The notes beneath the pieces are model-generated. The model made no database searches. It had not been told where the DNA came from and saw only the letters and a list, made by a program, of their open reading frames with translations. DNA of 64,000 nt from Podarcis filfolensis (Eukaryota): assembly GCA_964270895.1 (NCBI GenBank), contig OZ185440.1. The stretch is one strand, 5' to 3'. Positions within the stretch are counted from its first letter, which is position 1. Every line of letters begins with the position of its first letter. This document shows, piece by piece, positions 38,191 through 49,760 of the stretch. The position numbers were made by a program, and so were the translations under genes.

Positions 38191-39444
38191 GTTAAAGGCA
38201 TAGGCGAAGGGCTGGTAAGAAGCAATCCCAGCACCCAATGTGGGATGGTACAATGTTTGAAAATAAGGACTTCAACCACAAAGACAGCTGTGCTTCTTTA
38301 AAGCCTAACCAGACATGTAATTTTATTATGTACATGGATTTTATCATCATTTCTATCATTTTGTTGCGCCTGCTGTTTAAAAGTCTGCTTTTATTGCTAT
38401 TTTTAATGATATTTTTGGTACCATTTAATGTATACCACTTAGAGATTTTATAAATGAAATGCTATAGAAGTCTTGTTATAATGATGATGATGATGATGCA
38501 GCAGCGCCTAGATCTCAGCATTCCACAAGTAGCTTCATATGAAAGTAGAAGTAGAAAGAATTCCTCTTTCTATCTTTGTGGGGCGGGGGGGAGGTTTATG
38601 TATGCAGCATCTCCACTCTCTGGGGGAAACAACAACTTCAAAACTGCAGCTGCCCTAAAGAATAAATGCTGGGAAACAGCATGAAAGCCAAGATACAGAC
38701 TGTAATTAATTGGTCTGCTTTTTAGATGCAAATAAATAACCATGAGTATGAGTCAAGGGGAAATAAACTGCTTGACAGCAGCACTGGACTCCCACAAGCT
38801 CAGGCGGGGGAGAAAAATCTTGCTTTTATTTGTGGTAGTATCTAGGGTTGTCTGTAACAGCTGAGTGGCAGGGAGAAATGCCAGGGGGCAGATCACTTCA
38901 TCAAGGCATCCTCATACTGGGAAAAGCTGTGCCCTGGTTTTTGGGATTTTTTTTGGCCATCATGCAGCTTTTATAGGCATAGATAATCTAAATACTAAAA
39001 AGTTTCAAAAGCCTCCTTCCTTGCCTTTTTATTAGGAGGCATATTGCTGCAAATGAAAGAGAGGAGCCTCCATTTCAGCATGATGGGATTCAAACTCCTA
39101 AATCAGTGGAAAGGGGAATATCCAGCCGTAATTAATTTTGCCAGCTCTCCCCATGTGGCCCACAAGGCCATTTTGGCCAAGCCATGCCCACAGCTTACAG
39201 ATGACATCACATATCATATCGGTGGGGTAAAGACATCGCTGGGACCAATCACCAGCCCCTCCAAAACCCTATGCCATGCACAACACTTTGCAAGCAGCAA
39301 CCTTTTTGTGTCTGGCCTTGGGCTTCTCCACTTAAACCTCGTTTCCACTTGTTCCCAAGCTGTACCTACTCAAAAACACATTTTCCCACTCCTCTCGCCG
39401 CCCTGCCTGTTTTCTGTCTCTCTTTACTTTCTGCCATAAGTAGT

Positions 39445-39597
39445 GCTGGGAGAGCTCCATTGGTAGAGATGAACCCACAACTTCATCTCAGGGTCATGAG
39501 TATGAGCCCCACATTGGGCAAAAGATTCCTGCATTGCAGGGGGTTGGACTAGATGACCCTCATGGCACCTCCCAACTTTACAGTTCTATGATCTATG
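39445..39597 (+). mobile_element. tRNA-Lys-derived SINE with CR1-like tail
   Basis: agctccattggtagag...atctcagggtcatgagtatgagccccacattgggc head; ggttggactagatgaccctc...ttctatgat tail. Confidence 0.8.
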
Positions 39598-39764
39598 CAG
39601 GACTGGGAAGAAGGTAGATCTGTACCTAACGGTAGAGACGTGGACAATTTGCAGAAGATGTAGCAGATATTTCTGACTCTCAATAGTTTGACAACAGCAG
39701 CAATAAAATGATTCCTAAATTTCACTGCTGAGAGGAAGGACTTTGGAATAAATCCAGGAGTAGG

Positions 39765-39765
<1 letters not shown>

Positions 39766-39810
<45 letters not shown>
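39766..39810. repeat. (GT)n microsatellite
   Basis: Direct tandem repeat. Confidence 0.95.
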
Positions 39811-39813
<3 letters not shown>

Positions 39814-40161
39814 AGAACTCCATTCAGTTCTGGTACTCAAACCTGGGCTCAACATTCTTTAATTCTAAGTGCATGTCTTTGGCTCCAAGCTTTTGTCTGA
39901 GGATCTTGAGGTTCTGCTGGATCCTGCAAAAAGCAGGTATTGCAAGCCTCAAGTCTATCCACACCTGATCTCTGGGATAATGAGATTGTAAGTTCCTTGA
40001 GGGCAGGGTCCCATCTTGTTTTTGCCCATGCGATTCTGTAAAGTGGAGAGTGTGCCCTGAGAGTGCAGCGCTGTATAACTCAAAGGAGAAGAAGGAAGGC
40101 AGGGAAAATCAAATTCATAGTCAATGTGGGACAGAAGGGAGATTGGGATTTCCCACTAGTG

Positions 40162-40655
40162 CAGGGGTCTGCAACCCGCGGCTCCGGAGCCGCATGTGGC
40201 TCTTTTACACCTTTGCCGCGGCTCCGGGGCGGATACTAGCGAGGGGAGGAGGCACATTGTGCGCCCCGACACTCCCCACTGTGGCGGGCGCTGTACTGGC
40301 TGTGACATCGCATGGAGGCGGTGCGTGCGTTAGTCACGCACCGTCCCGACGTCACCTTCCCGCCCGCCCGCCCGCTACATTGTAAGGGGCATGTACGCTG
40401 GTCACTGCATTGAAAGGGGGCATGTACGCTGGTCACTGTTTTGAAGGGGAGTGAAGAACACACACACAAAAAAGGTAACTTGTTAATTTAACGTTTATTT
40501 CTATGAGGAGTAATTCTGAGGGGTCAAACAAAGAAATAATAAAAAAGTGACAAAAAAGTTATTTTTATAATGACGAGTTTTGCGGCTCCCAGTTGTTTTT
40601 TTCTTCGGAAACGGGTCCAAGTGGCTCTTTTTGTCTTAAAGGTTGCAGACCCCTG
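40162..40655. mobile_element. Young CpG-rich hAT (Charlie-like) MITE, 494 bp
   Basis: Perfect 15-bp TIR caggggtctgcaacc / ggttgcagacccctg; perfect 8-bp TSD CACTAGTG at 40154-40161 and 40656-40663. Confidence 0.95.
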
Positions 40656-41079
40656 CACTAGTGGTATATCATGGATGGAGATGTGGCAAGGGAAATGGAG
40701 CTGTCTCACTAGTGGCATGTCATTGACAAAATAAAATGAATGAATGAATGAATGAATGGCAGTCAGCTACCCAAATGGGATTTATCAATATTTTAAACAC
40801 AAACACTCTCCATGCATCACTAAGACTCCACCACAGAAGTCTGTTGTTATTTATCGCGTGTGGGCACGTTTGTGTTTAAAGCTTTGCTAATGCTAAGAAG
40901 GTTTCTTCCCCCACCGTCCACCATTGGCGAATGTGCAGCTGCGCTTGCAAGGACTCAGGGTAGCACGTATCGTATAGAAGTGCTTTTAAATGTGTGTGCC
41001 TTTACCTAAAAGTTGCAGGTGGAGGGCGAGCTCTGAAACAAAGAGGTTGCTCTCCCCCACCCCTTTCCTTTCTTTCCGG

Positions 41080-42330
41080 CCGTGACTCTAAATATCTTTA
41101 ACGAAAAAGCGGAAATTCAACAGGTGCAGCGCAAGAGATGCCGCACGGAAAAACAGTGGAGGTGGCGGAGAGGGGGTCTGTCACCTGTGTGGAGATGCTA
41201 GATTAATGATTTTCACTCGGAGCAGCCCTGGAGATTTTAAGAGCAATTCCTTTCCATTGCAAAGAGCGTGCTGCTGGTGGTGCTTGTTTACTTCTCTGAA
41301 AAACAGCCAGCCCCCGACAACTCCTCGGCCAAAAAAGAGACAAAAACAAGCCCCCACCCGCCCAACAAACTGGGGCGCGCTCGTTCTCTTTCGATGGAAA
41401 GGGAAAGCCGCCTCCTCCCCCGCGCTGGGTGCCTTTCAGCCATTGTCCTCCACGTTCCACGGTGACGCTTGCCTGGGGATGCTCCGCGCAGCTGGAACGT
41501 GAGAGTGGCCGGGCGGGGAAAGAAGCGGGCTGCTGTTTCTGGAGAAGGGTTATTAGGCTGAGCAAGCTCCACCGGGGCGACGCTTTGCTGCCTCCGCCGC
41601 CATCGAGGGCGGACTCAGTTGGGGAGCTCCAAGGCAGCAGCAGCCAGCAGCACTAGGGGAGAGGCAGGCCGCCTTGTTCCCTGGGCGCGATGGCGCCGCC
41701 CTGCCTGGGCTACCCCGCAGGGGCGCAGGGGAGCGCGTTTCCCGGGAGTGCCTCTTCTGGTGACGCCCGGCAGGCAGCGAGAGAGGCTGGCCGCCCAGGC
41801 TTCTGGAAGAGCCAGCGATCGAGGTAAAGAGAACACCGAGAGGGTGGAAGGGGGGGTGGTCCTCACTTTGGGGAGGAGGAGGTGTGTGTGTGATGTCGGT
41901 GGATGACAAAATCTGCGTCTCTTGACAGTCCTGGGGAGCTTTGCTCCTCTATGTGTTTGTGTGTTTGCGTGTTGCTGGGCTTCCTGCTCGGATGCTGCCT
42001 CGCCCCTGTGGGCTACTGAGCTGCCGGGAGGCCTGGCTTGCTCGTTGGCTTCCTGGGGGCTGGGAGAGAGGGATCCCCTCTGGGGGATATTCTTCCCTCC
42101 TGGCTGGTGGAGAGGGAGTGCTTTCTGGAAGGCATCCGCGCCTGTTTGGTTCCCCCAAATCTGAGTCCCACCGTGACGCTTCTATCTTGACTGATCGTGC
42201 CGAGACTTGCCTTCGCCAGCGTAGTGGGGTCATCATCCAAGTGTGCGGGAATATATGTGTGCTTAGGCGGAGCAGCGCCTTGGCACCTCGGCCCTGCGCA
42301 ACAGTTGCTTGGAAGAAAAGCCTCCATTCC
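41080..42330. promoter_or_regulatory. CpG island, probable DIRAS3 promoter
   Basis: GC- and CpG-rich stretch that is not an evident TE, 3.3-4.5 kb upstream of the DIRAS coding exon. Confidence 0.8.
41600..41823 (+). other. DIRAS3: Candidate first exon of DIRAS3 (5' boundary unknown)
   Basis: GAG|gtaaag donor at 41823/41824 inside the CpG island; DIRAS genes have a 5' exon followed by one coding exon. Confidence 0.45.
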
Positions 42331-44453
42331 AATGAAACTTGAGAGGTTTAAAGAGTGGGGGCGTTCCTTGCAGATGCTGTGAACCTGCTTGCAACAGGAC
42401 AACGTAGTGAGGTAGGTTGCTGTTACGCCTTTTCCTTCAGCTGGAGCAACAGCGAGAGAGAGAGAGAGAGAGAGAGATTGCGGGGAGGGATCATAGCTCA
42501 GGACTAGAGTACATGAATTGCATGCACAATGTCCCTCGTTCAATCCTAGATGTCTCCAGTTATCAGGATCAGATAGCAAGTGATGGAGAAGATGGAGAAG
42601 CCTTAGATTCTGGACAAATATACAAACTAGTATTAGGCAACTTCCTAGGTTTCTCGAGAGTGCTGTCCAACATGCTATTGGCTATTGTACTAAACTAGGG
42701 CTGTGCTCCTACTCTTGTTTATGGTGTGCACTCACTGTGTTTGCAGTACTGAGTTTTCAATCTGTTTTCAGGCAGCATTCTCCAAAATGCATATATCTCT
42801 TGTACTTTGTTTCAAGATGCTACTGTATGATGCTTGTTGTTCTTAAAACTCCTTAAGCCACCAGTTCCTTATTCTCTCTAGCCAAGATGTGAGCACTGTT
42901 ACATAGGGGAAAGACATCCACACCCACTTCCACACTTCCTGGGTGTGTACACAAACAGAAATGAATTTAAGCCCTGCTGATGTGAGCAGATGAAGGGTGG
43001 GAAGTGCGAAGCACACCAAAACAGCAGCGACTTGACTGCACCCTAGGAGTTCTGGTCTTACAGATCCAAGTCCGAAATCTTCTGGCTCTGTTGGGCTTGC
43101 TTAATGGCAGACATGGATCTTCCCAATGGGCAGCTGCTAGAGCATGGGGAGGAAGTTGGCCGGGGGGGGCGGATATCTGGGGCAGAGCAGCACTGGGAAT
43201 TGCCTTTTTATGATCAGCACATGGGTTCCAAACTAACTCCAAGCTCCAGGAGATACTTGAGCAGGTTGGACTCCTCCTACCCCTTGGAAGGTTGTGTGGT
43301 CAACAGATGAAATGCTTTCAGAATGTGGATGTTGCGATGGCAAACATCACCTGCTGAATTTCCTTCTGTCTTGTGGCTGTTAAAGGCACAGGGGCCCTGT
43401 CACAGAAACAGCTGGAACACCTGCACCCTGCTCTGTTCCATTTTAGCATTCTTGCTTTCTAAAACCCTGTTTCTTCTTAGCACCTGGCAAAAGTGCTTCA
43501 GATTCTGTCAATGATAGTGTTTTCAAAAAGCCTTGGCTTTTGTCCTCCGTGCTGTTTGAGGAAACAACACAGAGGAGGAGACAAAAATGAACTTGGTGAG
43601 GGGCTTTGGCAGATTTAAACTTGAACTATGTGGTGTTTGGTTATTCAGTAATCCCTAGCCTTGTTAATAGTGAAATTTTTATTTTACTTTTATTTATTAG
43701 ATTTATATAGTACCCTTCATTTGAAGATCACAGTACACCAATAATACATGCTTTAGTACAATTTTTTTAGAGATGTTAACTCTGCCACTAAAACAACAGC
43801 ACAAGTAATAAATGAATTAATAGAAAAACATTCTGATAACTTTACCTTCAGAATTTTCTCACTGGAAAGGAACCATAAGATGATTCACCCTGAAGGCTTG
43901 AAAATCTGCAACTTCTTTGCTGGATTTTTGGCTGGTAGAATCAGGACTGAAGGGAAAACCCCAGATGCCTAAACTTCCTGAAGCAGAAATATTTTCCCCA
44001 ACCTGAGCAACAGTTTGATTCTGTCATCTTGGCAAACAGCGTAGCCAATATCTCCTGTGCAAAAAGTGTTTTGATCAGTCTATTTTTGTTGTTGTTGTTG
44101 TTTTAAAAATGAGGCGTTGGTGTTATTCACATATTGATAAAAGTGCTGTGGGTGCCAGCACAGCACAAAATGGCTGTCATGGGGAGCAAAAAAAAGAGAG
44201 AGAGAGAGAGAGGTGCTGCTCCTCTGTATTAGTGAGAACTGTCATAAAAAACCTGGTTCTGATACTCATGAGACAACCCAATCCTGTGTGTACTTATTCA
44301 AAAGTAAGCCCCACTGAATTCAGCAGTGTATACCCACAAATTATGCTTAACACCATGGCTTATGGCAGGTCTGCAGGATGCTGAGAATATTGGCTGGACT
44401 GAATGGAATGTTTCCATGAACGTCTCGTCTAGACCTTGAGGAAACTGATAGCC

Positions 44454-44590
44454 CAGGTGTGGGGAACCCGTAGCCCTTCAGATACTTTAGACTCCAACTC
44501 CCATCAGCTCTGGCCAGTGTGGCCAATAGTCAATGATGATGGGAGTTGTAGTCCAGCATCATCTGGAGAGACCCAGTTCCCTGACCCCTG
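44454..44590. mobile_element. Old hairpin-type hAT MITE
   Basis: caggtgtggggaac ... gttccctgacccctg termini; internal ctcccatca/tgatgggag inverted repeat. Confidence 0.7.
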
Positions 44591-44606
44591 TGATAATGGA
44601 TTGGTC

Positions 44607-44688
44607 TGCAATCCTAACCCTGTTGTCTGGGAGCAACCTCACTGAATTCAACAGGACTTACTTCTGAATGGACATGGTTAGGATTGCA
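44607..44688. repeat. About 82-bp inverted-repeat element; degenerate relatives near 33510, 44270 and 57590
   Basis: 13-bp inverted ends tgcaatcctaacc / ggttaggattgca around cactgaattcaacaggacttacttctga. Confidence 0.65.
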
Positions 44689-45646
44689 CTGTTATTCCAG
44701 TAGTCCCAGAGTTCCTTGTAAATAGTTAAAATGAATGTCAACAAGATGAGGTGCGACTGCTTGCAATTCATTATTAGTAATTTTTTAGTGATTTTACATC
44801 CCATGCTGCTGAGAATCCTGGGGCATATTCCTAACTTAAGTACTTACAGCACAGGAAATTTGTGATCCTTGGTATACATGCATGGATGTACTGCAGAGGG
44901 AAGGTGAAATAATAGTTACAATTCCACAGTCTTCCTGTCTGGCCATTCAGGTCGTAACTCTGCGGTACAGCAGGCTTGTGCTGGTGTTGCCTTTCTTTAA
45001 CAGGGTTGGTGGGTCAAACCTACAAGGGGGCTGTCCTGCCTGCCTGTTGGCAGCTGTGATTACGCCAGGAGGCAACATGTTGGGCTTGTCTGTATTCATT
45101 TGCATCGGTCCTTCTGAGTAATGCAGCTGGATTGCTGAGCCTGTTGCTTCTTGAGAGCCAGTGTGGGCGTGTGCAGAAAACAGGAGAAATGGAAGCGACA
45201 AACCCCTGGGATTCGCAGCCAACAACATCCCCCTCCACAGCAGAAAATGAAAATAGCTGTGTGCTGAAGCTAGCTTAATGGGGAAGGGCGATCCTGAAGG
45301 TTTTGCGCCAGCTGCAGGGCGTTCTGTTGCTTGGGGACTGAAGAGCATTAATGAGGAGGGCCGATTGATCTCCACTCGCATAGGCAATTATAACCTTATT
45401 TCGCCTTACAGCTGCAGGCGGATCAGATATTTCACAGCTAATAGAAGGGCTGCCTGTAGAAAGTGTGGCTTGGCTCTGCTGTTTCCTTGAAATGTGGAGG
45501 GTTTGGGAGGGGACATTGTTAAATTCAGCACTCTTGTTATGTCTAAGTTTCTGCCTTCCCTCTTCTCTCTCTCTCTCCAGACCTGCTCCCCAAGGGGCTA
45601 TGTAAACACACAGAACTCCTCCTTGGTTTCCAGCCGAGTGAGCAAT

Positions 45647-46243
45647 ATGCCCGAACAAAGTAATGATTACCGAGTGGTCGTGTTTGGAGCTGCAGGCGTT
45701 GGCAAGAGTTCTCTGGTTCTCCGCTTTGTGAGGGGAACCTTCCGGGAGACGTACATTCCCACCGTCGAGGACACCTACCGCCAGGTGATCAGCTGCGACA
45801 AGAGCATCTGCACCCTTCAGATCACAGATACTACCGGGAGCCACCAGTTCCCTGCCATGCAGAGACTGTCCATCTCCAAAGGCCATGCCTTCATGTTGGT
45901 CTACTCCGTGACCAGCCGGCAGTCCATCGAAGAGCTTCAGCCCATCTACGAGCAGATCTGCCAGATCAAAGGAGACATCCAGAAGGTCCCGATCATGTTG
46001 GTGGGGAACAAGAGCGACGACTCGCAGAGGGAAGTGCAGGCCAGCGAAGGGGAGGTCCTGGCCACCAAGTGGAAGTGCTCCTTCATGGAGACGTCGGCCA
46101 AAATGAACTACAACGTGCAGGAGCTTTTCCAGGAGCTCTTGAATTTGGAGAAGAGGAGAAGCGTCAGCCTCCAGGTGGACGGTAAGAAATCCAAGCAGCA
46201 GCGCAAGAAGGATAAACTGAAAGGCAAATGCTCAGTCATGTGA
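45647..46243 (+). CDS. DIRAS3: DIRAS-family (Di-Ras) small GTPase, 198 aa, CAAX box CSVM; DIRAS3/ARHI orthologue by synteny
   Basis: [48 protein letters not shown] and C-terminal CSVM; strong acceptor at 45580/45581; lies downstream of WLS in the same orientation. Family call is certain, the paralogue name rests on synteny and diagnostic residues. Confidence 0.85.
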   Translation: MPEQSNDYRVVVFGAAGVGKSSLVLRFVRGTFRETYIPTVEDTYRQVISCDKSICTLQITDTTGSHQFPAMQRLSISKGHAFMLVYSVTSRQSIEELQPIYEQICQIKGDIQKVPIMLVGNKSDDSQREVQASEGEVLATKWKCSFMETSAKMNYNVQELFQELLNLEKRRSVSLQVDGKKSKQQRKKDKLKGKCSVM

Positions 46244-46967
46244 GATGCCTGGGTTCTGCGCCGCCTTTGCGGTTGAAAGAGGACTTCTTCTTGCATTGAA
46301 AACTGTCTCGCTTGTCCTGGGGTGTGCCTGGAGTAGCAATTTCCCGAGGAGCTGACCCAGGATGTTTTTGCTTTATAGTCTAAATTTCGTTTAGGCTGTT
46401 TGAATATTCCCTTGATGGAAGTTGGGGTTTGCATGCTTGTTCTGCACTAGCAGGCTTTTCCAAAACATCCACCGTCGCTCTCCATGCCCTCCTGTCCCTG
46501 CAGCAACCAGTATTAGCCATTTATGTCACAGGACAAGCCACTAGGGTCACGTGCGTTGAGGAAAAGCAACAGAGGCTACTCTTGTCCTGCATTTTGCCAC
46601 TGCTTCTGAAACCATCTCCAAGTTATCACAGCCCCTCCCCTCCTGCCCTTATGCAAATGCTCAAGGAACCAAGCAATTCTCACTAGGGCTCCGGTCAGTA
46701 AGCCAGAAACAAACAAAAATAGTACTGTGTCTGATGTTTTGTATATACTTCAAAGGGACCTCTTCAGATGGATGCATCACCAGGGTAAAATCAAATGCTG
46801 ATTGCGGTAAATGATGACTTTTGATCATTTACCGTAGGTCTTTGAATCTGCACGCTTGTAGGGAAGGAGGAGCTGCATTCCTCACTAAAGAAGTGCTTGT
46901 TGTTTCCTATTACATGTTAAAACTTCATTTGTGGTGTTTGTATATTGGCGAGGATTTTATGTGAACG

Positions 46968-46973
46968 ATTAAA
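46968..46973 (+). terminator. Candidate DIRAS3 polyadenylation signal ATTAAA
   Basis: Follows a U-rich 3' UTR and precedes GU-rich sequence; AATAAA alternatives at 47745 and 47815. Confidence 0.45.
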
Positions 46974-49171
46974 GTGATTTGAGTACCTAGTGTGCATCTG
47001 TTGACTTCTTAACTATAAGCAGATCCAAGGTTGTCTTCCCCTAAAAGATAGAATCTGTGGTCAAAAATACTCAGTGTGCTTTTCAAATTGAGGATGGCCA
47101 AGAGGTGAACTTTGGTGTACCTTGGGCAGGGATGGGGAAAGTGTGTCCCTCTAGGCATGGATTCCAACCCTCATCAGCCTCGGCCTCCATGACTTACCAA
47201 GCAGTATCTGGAAGGCTACAGATCCACCATACCTGGTCTTGAGTCATGCTGCACATTAAACATTCTCCATTTTGCTACAACTGGCTGCAAACGTATTCCA
47301 CTGTCATCGTCTTCTTTTCTTCTTCTTCTTTGGCGATCATTCATAGCCAAGTAAGATTAATGGAGCAATGGCTAAGTTGTAGAATGAAGATGTGGCTCAG
47401 AGAAGCTTCCACACAAGACGTTTAAGGTGGGATGGCTGTTCCTCCTTTGCTCACATTTTACAGGGCGCCTATTTTGTGCTGTCCATTTGTAATCCTCCTG
47501 TGTTTCCCCAAGGGCTACTTCTACCTCTTTTCTCACCTCAGAAGCTCTGGTGTTTGTACAAAGGTGGTGGATGGTTGGTTGGTCATGGGAGACTAACACC
47601 CAGAGCAGGGCATCTCCTAAGGAGTCTAATAGGCAAGAGGGTTCGTTGGTGTTCTGTCCAGCCATCTGATGAGATGAAGTGGACAGTTTATTTCTGGGAT
47701 AGTTGAGGCTCCTTATTGTTACTAACGTTCTGCCATACAGTTATAATAAATCCATCAGAACTGGTAAATGCATAATAACTGATTGGAAAACCACAATCGG
47801 AATGGAAAACCACAATAAAACTTTTTATACGTCACAGTTGACGTTTCGGCTTCTAGTTATCATTTTAAATATTTCATTCATTGCAGTAGACCTGCTGCAG
47901 TTAGACCTTCAAATATATCTGAATGGCAAAGATTCCATATTAAAAGGACATTTAGTTTGAACATATGTGAATAGGGCAGTGCGGGGGGGGGGGGGGGTCA
48001 TCCATGCAAGCCCGCAGCCAGCAATGATGTCCCCACCAGAGAGGATGCATTTAACATGAAGGTCTGAAGGAGAATCTGAAGGGAAGTGTCTCTGCAGTTA
48101 GGAACCTGTGCAAAGGCTGGCAGAGGCGGACTTAGGGCAATACAACTGGCTCTGCTGTGCTGGGCGCTGAGCCTAGGGGGCGCTGCAGGGCTATGACATA
48201 GTGAATTGAGCAGAACAGAAGACATGAGGCAGCAAGCACTGAATTTGGGGCTTGGATGGGGAGTCGTTGATGTTTGAAAGACCAACATGCACCCCTGAAG
48301 GCTGGGAGTAGAGGGGATGGTCTGGCTCAATGCCTGACTGCAGCAATAAAATAAGTCAAATCTAGGGAGAGTACTCAATAGCTAGAACACCTTAATTCTC
48401 TATGACCAGCAACTTAAAGGCTTCTCCTAATCCCCTTCTGAGGTTGATGATCTGCCATCTGGTTAAATAAATAAAATAGATGCCTATAATTTTGAGGTAC
48501 CAAAAATAAAGGCCCAATGCTGTGAAGCAAGTCCATTCCATTTTGGGGTACAATGTACCGTCATTTCATTTCTTACGAAATGTGTGGAGGAAGTGTAACC
48601 ACTGCTGACTGTGACAGCTGGAATCTTTTTGCAGCCAAGAAAGTAAAAAAAACAAACCACACACACACACCAAAATTTCAGCAAATACCAATACTAGGCA
48701 GTAATACATTATGGTAGAGGGAGATGTAAATTTTTTTAAAAAAAAATTTTGCATGCAGAAAACATAATATATTGGCAGAATATAGTAAGCAGAAATTAGA
48801 ACTCTGATGTGCAGTAAAATACTTTTGAAGTCTTATGACTTCAGCCGCTGAAAGGCCTGATTCTGCAGTAATATAAATGCTAAATAACAAATATGTCAGC
48901 ATTCAAAAGCACTGCTCCCCACAGCCAAACTGGCTTTAAAGCAGTTTAATTTTCTTGGCTTTTTAAATGAAAAGTGCAGTGCATTTTTTTAAAAATGGTG
49001 CAGATGAAGGAATTTTGGCAGGTGTGACTTGTAAAGGAGAGCTGAAAAATCTTCCATTTCCCCCTCCACAACTGGTAAATGTACAGGAGCCCTAACCCTT
49101 TGCACCAGCTCAACATACAGTATTTTTGACAAGCTTTGCCTCAAATATTTCATCTCTCAAAGGCCCTGTAC

Positions 49172-49307
49172 CAGGCATAGGCAAACTCGGGCCTCCAGAT
49201 GTTTTGGGGCTACAATTCCTATCATCCCTGACCACTGGTCCTGTTAGCTAGGGATCATGGGAGTTGTAGGCCAAAAACATCTGGAGGGCTGAGTTTGCCT
49301 ATGCCTG
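49172..49307. mobile_element. 136-bp hairpin-type hAT MITE with 8-bp TSD CCCTGTAC
   Basis: Perfect 17-bp TIR caggcataggcaaactc / gagtttgcctatgcctg; TSD at 49164-49171 and 49308-49315. Confidence 0.95.
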
Positions 49308-49760
49308 CCCTGTACAGACAAAACAATGTCAGGGTGATTAAATCATGGTTTATTGGCCTGAGGACCAGCCATGTGCTCCCTCTTCTCCACTAATGTGTCT
49401 GGTTTCAGCTTCTTGTTTCTTAAAGCTACAGTTTCTGGGTTACATATGGGAAACTGTGGTTTAATTTTGGCTTAGGCCAAGAATCCAGCCTGGCAGGGGC
49501 AATCTTGCAACACTCATACTAAGGAACGCTACCTTGTTCCCTTCCTCTGCAATGCATTACTTTAAGGCTCCCCTCTCTCCTTGCTGTATGTTGTGCTTAT
49601 TTAATCTGCAATAAAGTTGGCAGCCTGCACCTGCATAAATATGCTCATGTTGCCCTGTGCCAGGCTGTAGGCACACTGTAAAGCACAAGCAATCTTACAG
49701 CAGTATTTTGAACTGATCCAAAATTTTGGACCCCTCATACAGTGTTTCACAGCAGCCTGG

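Noticed and set aside
41080-42330. Imprinting control region, as at human DIRAS3
   Set aside because: Imprinting cannot be read from sequence and is not established in reptiles.
45070-45092. p53-like element caacatgttgggcttgtct
   Set aside because: The two half-sites overlap by one base and the first has two mismatches.
45494-45646. Apparent 51-aa N-terminal extension in the ORF track
   Set aside because: Starts at a GTG, not an ATG, and runs through the branch point and polypyrimidine tract of the intron.
45275-45886. 203-aa minus-strand ORF
   Set aside because: Antisense shadow of the GC3-rich DIRAS coding exon; no recognisable domain.
47310-47900. Possible RTE and Penelope remnants
   Set aside because: Only short motifs (ttcttctttggcgatca, gacgtttcggc); boundaries could not be defined.
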